Below are positions 40,075 to 49,571 of a DNA stretch of 64,000 nucleotides, one piece after another. The notes under the pieces were generated by a model. That model was not told the DNA's origin and did not search any database. It worked only from the letters and a program-made list of their open reading frames with translations. This stretch comes from Nitrosopumilus sp. (GTDB taxonomy: Archaea > Thermoproteota > Nitrososphaeria > Nitrososphaerales > Nitrosopumilaceae), in the NCBI GenBank assembly GCA_965214775.1, contig OZ243974.1, positions 672,001-736,000 of the forward strand. Reading direction: 5' to 3'. A program made the translations under genes and the position numbers. The first letter of the stretch is position 1; each line of letters opens with the position of its first letter.

Positions 40075-41294
40075 TGGTCAACTGCCGCCGATATTTTGCC
40101 CACATCTGCCTTCATCACTGTTGGCTTTTCGAGCACTTCCATGATTGATTCAGTTGCCTTTAGGCCGTTTCCAGTGACATAGCAGACCACCTTTTCATCT
40201 GCATCAATCTTGCCCTGCTCTGCCATCTTTTGCAATACGGCCACAGAGACGCCTCCTGCAGGCTCTGTGAATATTCCCTCGGTTTTTGCCAAAAGCAGTA
40301 TTGCATCAAGGATTTCTCTGTTATTTGACTCCTCGGCAAACCCGTTGTATTGTTCGAGCCGCTTGAGGACATACCTGCCATCTCCCGGATCCCCAATGGC
40401 CAAGCTCTTTGCAACAGTATCAGGGTTCTCGACCGGGATGACGACATCCCTGCTGTTTTTCTTAAATGCGTCGACTACCGGGGCGCATCCATGGGGCTGC
40501 GCTGCATTAACATGCATGCCAGAGACATCGTCAAGCAGTGAGACGGACTGCAGCTCCTCAAATCCCTTGCATATTGCATTAAGCATTGCGCCACTTCCCA
40601 CCGGAACAACCAGCTGATCTGGCACCTGCCAGTCCAGCTGCTCGGCAACCTCATATGCCAAGGTTTTAGAGCCTTCCACATAGTACGAACGCATGTTAAT
40701 ATTAACAATCCCGATTCCCTTGCTGTCGCCAATCTGGGCGGCAATCCTGTTTGCATCATCATAAGTGCCATCGACTGCAATGTAGTTTGCGCCATAAGAC
40801 AGTGCCTGAGCTATCTTTGCCATCTCAATGTCACTGGGGGCAAAGATATGACAGGCAAGTCCGCCTTTAGCTGCATGGGCGGCAGTTGCAGATGCAAGAT
40901 TGCCCGTAGAGGCACAGCCTACTGCAGTCATTCCGAACTCCCTTGCCTTGGAGACTGCAACGCCGGCCGGCCTGTCCTTAAAGGAGAATGTAGGGTTGAC
41001 AGAGTCGTTTTTGATGTAGAGGTTCTTCAGTCCCAGATGATCCCCTAGTTTTTCCGCTTTAACAAGGGGAGTCATTCCGGCATCGATGCTTACAATGCTT
41101 GACCTGTCCTCGATTGGGAGCAGTTCAAAATATCTCCAGTAAGTCTTTTCCCTGCCTGCAAACGTGTCTTTGGAGACGGCAGCAGGAATATCGTATCTTA
41201 CGTCAAGCGGCCCAAAGCAGTCATCGCAGACATACTTGAAGGCAGGCTCGTAGCTTTTTTTGCATTCCCTGCATTGCAGCAAAATTCTAGCCAA
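40071..41294 (-). CDS. thrC: Threonine synthase
   Basis: CREC/CDDC, NPTFSFKDR, CASTGNL, VPVGSG, TGNGLK; TTG start inferred. Confidence 0.92.
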   Translation of the reverse strand: MARILLQCRECKKSYEPAFKYVCDDCFGPLDVRYDIPAAVSKDTFAGREKTYWRYFELLPIEDRSSIVSIDAGMTPLVKAEKLGDHLGLKNLYIKNDSVNPTFSFKDRPAGVAVSKAREFGMTAVGCASTGNLASATAAHAAKGGLACHIFAPSDIEMAKIAQALSYGANYIAVDGTYDDANRIAAQIGDSKGIGIVNINMRSYYVEGSKTLAYEVAEQLDWQVPDQLVVPVGSGAMLNAICKGFEELQSVSLLDDVSGMHVNAAQPHGCAPVVDAFKKNSRDVVIPVENPDTVAKSLAIGDPGDGRYVLKRLEQYNGFAEESNNREILDAILLLAKTEGIFTEPAGGVSVAVLQKMAEQGKIDADEKVVCYVTGNGLKATESIMEVLEKPTVMKADVGKISAAVDQ

Positions 41295-41486
41295 GATCAG
41301 TCCTTGTTTTGACAACATAGATAAAAAATCCTAATATCAAGTTAAGTAATACTTAATTTTGTCAAATAAAAATTTAATGAAAAGCGACCCGAGATGGATG
41401 GAGAAGAATACTAATGATGGGGCAGAACTAATTTCCGTATGAAGCAAATATTCCAAGATATGGAAAGTCAATATTGGTTCCTTTTT

Positions 41487-41625
41487 CTGAGATGATCCGA
41501 AATTAGAAGCCGTACGAATTTTTCAAGTAATTTCACAGATAACTTGTATTTTGTAGGTGTTTTGAGCCGTTTTATGCAAATTCGTTCACAAATAATCAGA
41601 GTTTGCTAATTTCGAATCAACTCTC
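41487..41625 (+). mobile_element. MITE family A copy
   Basis: gagatgatccgaaattagaagccgtacg...gctaatttcgaatcaactctc. Confidence 0.9.
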
Positions 41626-41767
41626 AGGGGGACGTGACTTCAATCCTGCCTAGGGCCATCATATTACTTTCGGATCACCACTCAGGGCCGCCGTCATCCG
41701 CACCAACTGCTCTCAGTGAAAACTAGATCACCGCAACTTCAGGGCAGGTCTGTTTGATGCAAGTTCC

Positions 41768-42127
41768 TTATGCATGATCAGAGTCTGCCGATTTCGAATC
41801 AACTCTCATGGTGTTATGAAAGCAAACCTTCTCGCCCAAATGGCATGCAGGTCCAGACGGCTCAACAAGGTAAATGACTGCATCAGAGTCACAGTCAACT
41901 AGTATCTCTTTGATTTTTTGCGTGTTTCCCGACTCTTCCCCCTTCATCCACAGTTTGTTTCTAGAGCGGCTCCAAAACCAAGAGTTGCCAGTCTTTTTGG
42001 CCAGCTCAAGAGATTCCTTGTTTGAATAAGCCAGCGTCAGAACTGCCTTGGTGTTTACATCCTGAACAATTACTGGCACCAGTCCGCCGCCTTTTTCAAA
42101 ATCGATTTCGTCAACGGACTTGTCCAT
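41768..42127 (-). CDS. hisI: Phosphoribosyl-AMP cyclohydrolase
   Basis: WSRSR, KGEESGN, DCDSD, ACHLG, CF; last ~12 codons are MITE-derived. Confidence 0.93.
   Translation of the reverse strand: MDKSVDEIDFEKGGGLVPVIVQDVNTKAVLTLAYSNKESLELAKKTGNSWFWSRSRNKLWMKGEESGNTQKIKEILVDCDSDAVIYLVEPSGPACHLGEKVCFHNTMRVDSKSADSDHA
41775..41807 (+). mobile_element. Isolated right end of MITE family A inside hisI 3' end
   Basis: tgatcagagtctgccgatttcgaatcaactctc matches the family A terminus. Confidence 0.8.
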
Positions 42128-42149
42128 AGCATCTCATCACAAAATTTCC

Positions 42150-43004
42150 TTATATTCGTACAGGGATATTCTTGCCTTGCAGGACTTTTTTGACCCTGTC
42201 GACTGACTTGTCTTCATAGTGAAAAATTGAGGCTGCCAGTGCCGCATCGGCGTCTGATTTGTCAAATATCTCATACATGTCTTCGGGCTTGCCGCATCCC
42301 CCAGAAGCAATTACAGGCACGGATACGGCCTCCACAATCTTTTTTGTCAGCAGGACGTCATACCCGTCCTTGGTTCCGTCTCTGTCAATGCTAGTCAAGA
42401 GAACCTCCCCTGCGCCAAGCTCCGTTGCTTTTTTTGCCCACTGAATTGCATCAAGCCCCGTTCCTTTCTTGCCCCCATAGATGAAGACTTCAAACCAGAA
42501 CTTTCTGCCATCACCGTCATCTTCACCACCACCACCACCACCTTCTTTTTCATCTTCTTCCTCAAAAATTGTTTTTGCAGGATCACCACCATCCACAGAA
42601 TAGTTTCTTTTTGCGTCAATTGCGATGACTATGCATTGCCTTCCAAAAACATCCATGAGATCTGCAAGCAGCGTCGGGTTTTTTACGGCGCCGGTGTTTA
42701 TCCCTACTTTGTCTGCTCCGCTAAGCAAGATGTTCCTGGCGTCATCCATGCTGTTCACGCCGCCGCCAACAGTAAACGGGATGTCAATCACTCTGGCGAC
42801 GCTGGAGACAAGTTCCTTGATTGTCTTTCTTTTTTGTTGTGATGCAGTAATGTCCAAAAAGACCAGTTCGTCTGCCCCGTCCCTGCTGTATTTTGATGCA
42901 AGCTCCACAGGGTCCCCTGCATCCTTTATTGATTCAAAGTTCAATCCCTTGACAACTCGCCCGTTATCTACATCCAAGCACGGAATGATCCGCTTAGTTA
43001 GCAA
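42150..43004 (-). CDS. hisF: Imidazole glycerol phosphate synthase cyclase subunit
   Basis: KRIIPCLDV, VFLDIT, TSIDRDGTKDG, ASGG, AASIFH. Confidence 0.95.
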   Translation of the reverse strand: MLTKRIIPCLDVDNGRVVKGLNFESIKDAGDPVELASKYSRDGADELVFLDITASQQKRKTIKELVSSVARVIDIPFTVGGGVNSMDDARNILLSGADKVGINTGAVKNPTLLADLMDVFGRQCIVIAIDAKRNYSVDGGDPAKTIFEEEDEKEGGGGGGEDDGDGRKFWFEVFIYGGKKGTGLDAIQWAKKATELGAGEVLLTSIDRDGTKDGYDVLLTKKIVEAVSVPVIASGGCGKPEDMYEIFDKSDADAALAASIFHYEDKSVDRVKKVLQGKNIPVRI

Positions 43005-43710
43005 GCTGCTTTGCCTCCCTAATCGAGATCCTGTTTTCGTAAAGCGCCTTTCCCAAAATCACCGCAAAGGGATTTTTCAGTCGCACGCGCGATACATCGC
43101 CAACGTTTGATATGCCGCCGCTGGCAATTACGTTTGCCTTTTGAATGGCACATGCTTTTTCCAGGAATTCCAAGTCGGGTCCCTGCATTGTGCCGTCCCT
43201 GCGGACATTCGTAAGCAGGAATTCTGTAAACCCCATCCCTACAAATTCCTTGACTGCATCAAGCACGGACGTCGTAGAACTTTCCTGCCAGCCGTGGGTG
43301 ACTATAAGCCCGTCGGCATGATCCGCTGAGATCACGATTTTTGAAAATCCATGTTTTTTTGCCATGCTGCAAAGCAGCTGCCTGTCTTCAAATGCAAGGG
43401 TGCCAATTACGGCCCTATTGGCAAAAGAGATCGCCCTGTCAATAACTGCCTCATTGCGCAGACCGCCTGCAACCTCGACAGGAATGTCTAGGTTCCCGGC
43501 GATTTTTTCGATCAGATCCAGGTTGCTTCTTCTTCCTGTTCCAATTGCCGCATCCAGGTCAACAATGTGCAGCATGTCAGCGCCGTCTTCCTCCCATTTT
43601 TTTGCAGTTGACATCGGATCATCGCTGTAAACTGTTTTTTGCATGGGATCCCCCCTGTATAGCCGGACTACCTGCCCATCCATCAAGTCAATTGCCGGAA
43701 CTATCTTCAT
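42994..43710 (-). CDS. hisA: ProFAR isomerase
   Basis: IVPAIDLMDGQVVRL, HIVDLD, GGLR, DGTMQGP, ASGGI. Confidence 0.94.
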   Translation of the reverse strand: MKIVPAIDLMDGQVVRLYRGDPMQKTVYSDDPMSTAKKWEEDGADMLHIVDLDAAIGTGRRSNLDLIEKIAGNLDIPVEVAGGLRNEAVIDRAISFANRAVIGTLAFEDRQLLCSMAKKHGFSKIVISADHADGLIVTHGWQESSTTSVLDAVKEFVGMGFTEFLLTNVRRDGTMQGPDLEFLEKACAIQKANVIASGGISNVGDVSRVRLKNPFAVILGKALYENRISIREAKQLAN

Positions 43711-44312
43711 TTGACACACTCTTGCAAAAAATTCTTCAGCATCAGTGCCCCGGTAACGCCGGATTTTTCCGGATGGAACTGGGTTCCAAAATAATTGTCT
43801 TTTTGAACAATTGCGGGAACTTTTATGCCATAGTCAGATTCGGCAACTATCACGTCTTCCTGTGTTGCCGGGTCTGCACGATACGAATGGACAAAGTATA
43901 CCCATGAGCCGTTCTCAATCCCATCAAGAATCCTGCTTTCCTGCTTGATTTCCAGGGCATTCCATCCCATGTGAGGCACCTTCAGAGTGTCTGGTAAAAC
44001 CACCACATCGCCATCGATAATGCCCAGGCCTCTTTCATTTCCCTCCTGGCTTTTCTCAAAAAACATCTCCATTCCCAGGCAGATGCCAAATACGGGCGTG
44101 CTGCCTGCGACTTGCAGAAAGTCTGCCGAGCTGTGCCTTATGCTTTGTATTGCAGGATCAAAGTTGCCAACGCCGGGCAGAAAGATCCCGTCATATCCTT
44201 TCAAGCTTTCGGCCTCGGTTTTAACCTCCACAGTCGCATTTTGTTTTTCTAATGCGTTTTTGAGGCTGAAGATGTTTCCAGCCCCATAATCAAATATAGC
44301 GACCCTTGTCAT
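43707..44312 (-). CDS. hisH: IGP synthase glutamine amidotransferase subunit
   Basis: DYGAGN, LPGVG, GICLG, PHMGWN, YFVHSY, QFHPEKS. Confidence 0.95.
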   Translation of the reverse strand: MTRVAIFDYGAGNIFSLKNALEKQNATVEVKTEAESLKGYDGIFLPGVGNFDPAIQSIRHSSADFLQVAGSTPVFGICLGMEMFFEKSQEGNERGLGIIDGDVVVLPDTLKVPHMGWNALEIKQESRILDGIENGSWVYFVHSYRADPATQEDVIVAESDYGIKVPAIVQKDNYFGTQFHPEKSGVTGALMLKNFLQECVK

Positions 44313-44902
44313 TGCATTGCGCCCTTTGTACTTGGAATGCCTTTTTGTTTTGGGTCTTTGGAGCATGCAGTTCTCAGGGCAACTGCCAAAGATTTCATTG
44401 CGGCCTCTGCCTTGTGGTGATCATTGTCGCCATACTTTACGGCAAGGTGGATGCAGGCGTTTAGATTCTGAAGCAAAGACTGGAAAAAGTGTTCAAGGTC
44501 TTCTTTTGAGACATCCTCAATCTTTGCTCTCTTAATTGGCAGAGTCAGTTTGTAAAAGGGCCTTTTTACCAAATCAACAGATGCCTCAGCTAATGATTCG
44601 TCCATTGGAACAGATGCATAGCCGAATCTGGCAACGCCTGCCCTGTCTCCCAGGGCCTCGTCTATTGCGCTTCCAATCGTAATTGCAGTATCCTCAATCA
44701 AGTGGTGTACGATGTTGTCTTTGGATTCTGCTTTGACAGTAAGATCCAGCATTGCGTGCTTTCCAAGGGCCGTAATCAGATGATCAACAAAATTTACGCC
44801 GGTCAGAACACCGGTCTTTCCGGTGCCATCCATGTTGGCAGATACAAAGACGCTAGTCTCCTTGGTTTCACGCTTGATTTTGCTTGAACGCTTTTCTTTC
44901 AT
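44309..44902 (-). CDS. hisB: Imidazoleglycerol-phosphate dehydratase
   Basis: [31 protein letters not shown]. Confidence 0.95.
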   Translation of the reverse strand: MKEKRSSKIKRETKETSVFVSANMDGTGKTGVLTGVNFVDHLITALGKHAMLDLTVKAESKDNIVHHLIEDTAITIGSAIDEALGDRAGVARFGYASVPMDESLAEASVDLVKRPFYKLTLPIKRAKIEDVSKEDLEHFFQSLLQNLNACIHLAVKYGDNDHHKAEAAMKSLAVALRTACSKDPKQKGIPSTKGAMQ

Positions 44903-44930
44903 CAGATCACCTGAGAATACTGGTATTTGA

Positions 44931-45887
44931 TCAGACTAAATTTAATACCTTCGGAATGTCATTAATTGATTCAAGAATCATGCTGACGCCTGATTCTGAG
45001 AACAGTTTGCGCCTGTCACCGGGGTTTGTACTCGTGCCCACAACGGCGCAAAACGTGGTGTTTACTCCTGCAAGGGCCGCATCTTTTGCCATCATGTAAT
45101 CCTCCATAGAGTCGCCCACGTAAAGGCAGTTTTCCGACTTCATGGACTGAATGGCGCGAATCAGGCTTGCGGGATTTGGCTTTGCCAGATCCCGTGATTC
45201 GTCTTCTAGAAACGCAGAGCTTTTCATATCAAAGTAGTCCATCATGTCTTTTAGCGAATGGCTGATTGATGCCATTCCTCTTCCCGTAACAATGGCCATT
45301 TTTTGCCCAAACTCCTTTTGCAATGTTTGTAATAGCGGCTTTGAGAGGATAACTTTGTCATTTGAGATCATTCCCTCCTCCCCCTCCTCTTCAGAAAATT
45401 TTGACTTCCTGCCAAAGAGTTTTTCGTACAGTCGGGGCCCAAAGAACAGCTGATCAAATACGGAATATACCGGATTGCCGTGTCTGTCACCCAAGGAGCC
45501 CAGTCTTGATAGAATTTCAGATATGTCATAGGCTGATTCAAGGTATGATTGAACAGAGCGGATTCCGGTTTTGTCAGTGTTTGAAACGACCTTGTAAACA
45601 AACTCCAGGGGATCTTCCCCGAGTTTGTAAGCCGTGTAAACAGACAGAATTGCAGCGTATGTCAGATCAACCTCGTCATTGAATCCCCCGGATGCCTTGA
45701 ACCCGTCAATTATCTTATGATCAATTGTTATTGAATTGATTCCTGCAAGCTCCTTGAGAAAGTACTTGCATGTCTTATCAATTGTCTTGTCATATGACTG
45801 TGTAATGTCCACTAGAACCCCGTCACAGTCAAATACGATAGAATCAAAAGATGTCTGGTTGCTCAATTTTTCATCCCAGCAGATCAC
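44931..45887 (-). CDS. HAD-family hydrolase (candidate histidinol-phosphate phosphatase)
   Basis: [22 protein letters not shown]; inside his operon; start uncertain. Confidence 0.85.
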   Translation of the reverse strand: MICWDEKLSNQTSFDSIVFDCDGVLVDITQSYDKTIDKTCKYFLKELAGINSITIDHKIIDGFKASGGFNDEVDLTYAAILSVYTAYKLGEDPLEFVYKVVSNTDKTGIRSVQSYLESAYDISEILSRLGSLGDRHGNPVYSVFDQLFFGPRLYEKLFGRKSKFSEEEGEEGMISNDKVILSKPLLQTLQKEFGQKMAIVTGRGMASISHSLKDMMDYFDMKSSAFLEDESRDLAKPNPASLIRAIQSMKSENCLYVGDSMEDYMMAKDAALAGVNTTFCAVVGTSTNPGDRRKLFSESGVSMILESINDIPKVLNLV

Positions 45888-46944
45888 GGATTGCCAGCAG
45901 GAACTTGGAATTCATTTCTCTTGTCCCCACCGTAACGCGCAAGCATCCCAAATGAGGGCCAATCCTGCCCAGTCTTCGAATTGAAATTCCTTGCTCGACT
46001 AGTGCAGAGAAGACACGCTTGTCTGCGCCTTTGGCGTCAAACAGTACAAAGTTGGCCCTTGAGTCAAAGACGGTAAAGGCGTCATACTTTCGAAGGTTTC
46101 CAACAATCCTCTTTCTTTCGGTCCTGATTGTTTCTGCGGCATCTTTCATTTGGTCTGCCCTGTCCAAGGATGCAATTCCAGCCTCAATTGCAAGGGAGTT
46201 GAGAGGGTAGGGATACTGCAGTATCTCGTTGAACACCCGGACAATCTTCTTGCTTGCTACAAAGTAGCCAATGCGAAGGCCTGCAAGGCCAAACGCCTTG
46301 GAAAACGTTTTGACTACAATCAGGTTGTCATATTTTTTTGCCAGTAAAGTTGCAGACGAGTCTGCAAACTCGCCATATGCCTCATCCACAATTACCAACC
46401 CGTCAAACTTTTTGATCAGGGATTCAATCTGGCTCTTTGAAAATTGAAAGCCAGTAGGATTGTTTGGCGAGTCCAGATACAGAATTTCGCATTTTTTAAG
46501 ATTTGCATCAAACTTTTCAATGTCAAGTTTCATGGCAGACGAAAACGGGATTTTTGTGCGTGGGATTGCGTATAGCTTGCATCGCTCCTCAAAGAATCCA
46601 AACGTAGGGTCAGGTGTCAGTATTCTCGTGTTTTTTGATGCCAGATTTGCCAGGAACAGATCCAGGATCTGATCAGAGCCGTTTCCGACTCCAATCATGT
46701 TTTCAGAAACTTTGAGGTACTCTGATAGCTTTGATACCAGCTTTTCTGCTCTGCCCAGCGGGTACTCTCTGACGTCTGAGTTTGCCCTGGCATAAGCGAT
46801 GACATCCTGCTGGAATCTTTTGTTAATTACGAAATTCTCATTGGAATCAAGCCTTAGCACGTCGTCGAATTTTTCTGGTTTTTTGTACCCTCCAAGCTTT
46901 GCATATTCGTCTAATTTTTTTGCATACCACGTACTCCTCTTCAT
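45871..46944 (-). CDS. hisC: Histidinol-phosphate aminotransferase
   Basis: LDSNEN, GNGSDQ, SPNNPTG, DEAY, TFSKAFGLAGLRIG. Confidence 0.95.
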   Translation of the reverse strand: MKRSTWYAKKLDEYAKLGGYKKPEKFDDVLRLDSNENFVINKRFQQDVIAYARANSDVREYPLGRAEKLVSKLSEYLKVSENMIGVGNGSDQILDLFLANLASKNTRILTPDPTFGFFEERCKLYAIPRTKIPFSSAMKLDIEKFDANLKKCEILYLDSPNNPTGFQFSKSQIESLIKKFDGLVIVDEAYGEFADSSATLLAKKYDNLIVVKTFSKAFGLAGLRIGYFVASKKIVRVFNEILQYPYPLNSLAIEAGIASLDRADQMKDAAETIRTERKRIVGNLRKYDAFTVFDSRANFVLFDAKGADKRVFSALVEQGISIRRLGRIGPHLGCLRVTVGTREMNSKFLLAIRDLLG

Positions 46945-48236
46945 GTCAATCTGCCCCTGACTGCCTCGTAGTGATTTGGCAGCCCTTCTGCCAAGGCAAT
47001 GCTCTTCATGGACTCTGATATTTTCTGCAAGTCCTCCTTGCTAGATTCAATCCTTGTTAAAAGCTTGACAAAGTCCAGCACGGAAAGGGATCCCCTGACC
47101 TTGCCAAATCCGCTTGTAGGCAAGACATGGTTTGAGCCTAGCAGATAGTCACTTGCCGACGAAGGGCTGTTTTTCCCCAGCAGAATCGTGCCTGGGCTCT
47201 TGATTTTGCCCCATTTTTTGGAATTTCTGCTGATTATCTCCAGGTGTTCTGGCGCAAGTTCATTTGCAATTTCAGGGATGTCTGATGCCCTGCATACTGC
47301 AATAAACCCGTTTGACTCCAAGCTAGACTTTACAATGTTGGAGCGCTCTATGTATTTGAGTCTAGAGCTTACACCAGACTGTATTTTCTTTGCCGTACGG
47401 CTAGACGTGGTCAATACAAAACAGAAAGTGTCCGGAGAATGCTCGGCCTGAGAGATGAGATCCAGTGCTGCCAAATCAGCGTCGTTTTGCGAATCAATTA
47501 TGATGCCCAGCTCCGTTGGCCCTGCCATCATGTCAATGGGCGTGGTGCTACTGACCAGATATTTGGCCAGAGTTACAAACGTGCCTCCCGGACCTACAAT
47601 CTTGTCCACTTTTCTGATAGAACGCGTACCATAAGACAAGGCGCCAATTGACTGTACGCCGCCAGTCCTGTAAATTTCAGTTGCGCCACAAATGTCAGCT
47701 GCCACAACGGTTAGCGGATCTATGTTTCCGGAGGAATTCGGAGGACAGACAACAACGATTCGTTTTACCCCGGCAACTCTTGCAGGAGTGACTGACATGA
47801 TGGCAGAACTAGGATATCTGGCTGCACCACCCGGTACGTAGCATCCGACACTGTCAATTGGGACAAATGATTTGCAAAGCTTTGTTTTGCCTGACCTTAC
47901 TGTGATATCCTTGAATTGGCGCCTTAGAGATGATTCAGCTTTTGATAGTCTGGATTTTGCAAGATTGATGGCAGAGATCTCCGATGCTGAAACTTTGGAG
48001 TATGCGCTAGCTATGTCACGTTTTGAGACTCTTAGCGAGGAAATATCTCCCGCACCGAACTTTTTTTCATACTTTTTGATAGCAGAATCCCCGTTCTTTT
48101 TTACATCCTTGAGAATGGATTCTACAATTTTCTGGCTTTTTGAAGAGTTTTTTGCGGCTGTCATCGTCTTCCTTGTCAACTTTTTCTTCCTCTTTAGAAA
48201 CTGCCCAGTGTCTTTGATTGAGATGATTTTCATCAA
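46941..48236 (-). CDS. hisD: Histidinol dehydrogenase
   Basis: YVPGGAARYPSS, IVGPG, AGPTE, SQAEH, APEHL, NHVLPT. Confidence 0.95.
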   Translation of the reverse strand: MMKIISIKDTGQFLKRKKKLTRKTMTAAKNSSKSQKIVESILKDVKKNGDSAIKKYEKKFGAGDISSLRVSKRDIASAYSKVSASEISAINLAKSRLSKAESSLRRQFKDITVRSGKTKLCKSFVPIDSVGCYVPGGAARYPSSAIMSVTPARVAGVKRIVVVCPPNSSGNIDPLTVVAADICGATEIYRTGGVQSIGALSYGTRSIRKVDKIVGPGGTFVTLAKYLVSSTTPIDMMAGPTELGIIIDSQNDADLAALDLISQAEHSPDTFCFVLTTSSRTAKKIQSGVSSRLKYIERSNIVKSSLESNGFIAVCRASDIPEIANELAPEHLEIISRNSKKWGKIKSPGTILLGKNSPSSASDYLLGSNHVLPTSGFGKVRGSLSVLDFVKLLTRIESSKEDLQKISESMKSIALAEGLPNHYEAVRGRLT

Positions 48237-49210
48237 TTCTCTTCATCACGCTTGATCTCCTCAAGCTCCAAGATTTGTCGTGGCTCATGCACCACTAGTC
48301 CCTGCGCAATCTTTCGCAATCCCGGAATTATTTTGTGAAAATCTGACTTGCTGATTACGGTATTGACTCCAAACCAGCCAGCCTCGCTTAGCGGGCTGAC
48401 TGTTGGTTTTTTAAGTGACGGTACCTGTTTTAGCAGCCTTGGCAGATTCTTCTCTTTGACATTTAGGTAGATGTGCAGGTACTTTCTGCCGTGGACTGCG
48501 CCCCGCATCAGTGTGACAATGTCAAAAATCTTTTCTCTCTTTGCCTTGTCTTTGAGTGACCCTTTGTTTACGATCAGGTGGGCAGTTGAGGTCATAACCT
48601 CGTCTACAATCTTTAGCTTGTTCTGTTTGAGCGTAGTTCCTGTCTCAGTTACGTCCATTATTGCATCCACGTCCTCCGGAGGCTTTGCCTCAGTTGCGCC
48701 AAACGACAGATGAATTTGGACAGACTTGTTGCTGCCGATGCGAAGCCACGGGGTGACAATTTGAGGATCCTTGCTTCCAAAATATTTTTTGTAGGATTTG
48801 CAGCTCTTGATAAAACGGGATGCAGTTGTAAGATATTCAGAAGAGATTCTCAGAGTTCTTTTCTTTTTTGCATAATCTGCTATCATGTCATCCAGATTTT
48901 TGTATCTGTAACTGTCTGGAAACGCAATTACCAGTCTGATTTTTCCATACTCCAAATCTAAAATCGGCTCTACATCAGACTTGGTCTCTCCAACCCAGTC
49001 TTTGCCGGTAATTCCCACGTCATACAGTCCCTCATCTACCAACATCGGAATCTCCTGGGGTCTTAGCATCTTTACCATGATTTTTGGATCATCAAGGTAT
49101 ACTCTATAGGTCCTGCTCTTTCGATTTACCTTGGTCCATGATCTTTCTAACAGCTTGAATGTAGCCTCCTCCAAGCTTCCCTTTGGAATTGCAAATCTTA
49201 CTTCAGACAT
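48233..49210 (-). CDS. hisG: ATP phosphoribosyltransferase (long form)
   Basis: AIPKGSL, RPQEIP, GITGKDW, GATE, DVTETGTTL. Confidence 0.95.
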   Translation of the reverse strand: MSEVRFAIPKGSLEEATFKLLERSWTKVNRKSRTYRVYLDDPKIMVKMLRPQEIPMLVDEGLYDVGITGKDWVGETKSDVEPILDLEYGKIRLVIAFPDSYRYKNLDDMIADYAKKKRTLRISSEYLTTASRFIKSCKSYKKYFGSKDPQIVTPWLRIGSNKSVQIHLSFGATEAKPPEDVDAIMDVTETGTTLKQNKLKIVDEVMTSTAHLIVNKGSLKDKAKREKIFDIVTLMRGAVHGRKYLHIYLNVKEKNLPRLLKQVPSLKKPTVSPLSEAGWFGVNTVISKSDFHKIIPGLRKIAQGLVVHEPRQILELEEIKRDEEN

Positions 49211-49489
49211 GGTATACCTCCTCTCAATCTGTCGTCCATATATAATAACGTCATTAATCAGTCTTCACAGATGTAACTGACTCATGGCAATGCAGACGGC
49301 TGCATGCGGATCTGCAGGTATCATAATCTGAATTGTGTCAAATGTGGAGCCGTTTTTCTGGGAACTGGGAAGACTGTTAATTTTGCATCCAAGTATGGCG
49401 ATACGGCTGATCTTTGATCATTTTGCCAAAGATTATTGTCAAACAAGTTCGGTTTTTTACATATCTACTACAGATGCAGGCGGACACTC

Positions 49490-49515
49490 GGTTTCTAATC
49501 TCGGATCACCTCTAC
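49490..49515 (-). mobile_element. Isolated left end of MITE family A
   Basis: ggtttctaatctcggatcacctcta resembles ggcttctaatttcggatcatctcta of the 38179 copy. Confidence 0.6.
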
Positions 49516-49571
49516 CTAAGGATATGCCAAAAAGTACACATTATTATCATGTGTAATCATCACCATTTGTA

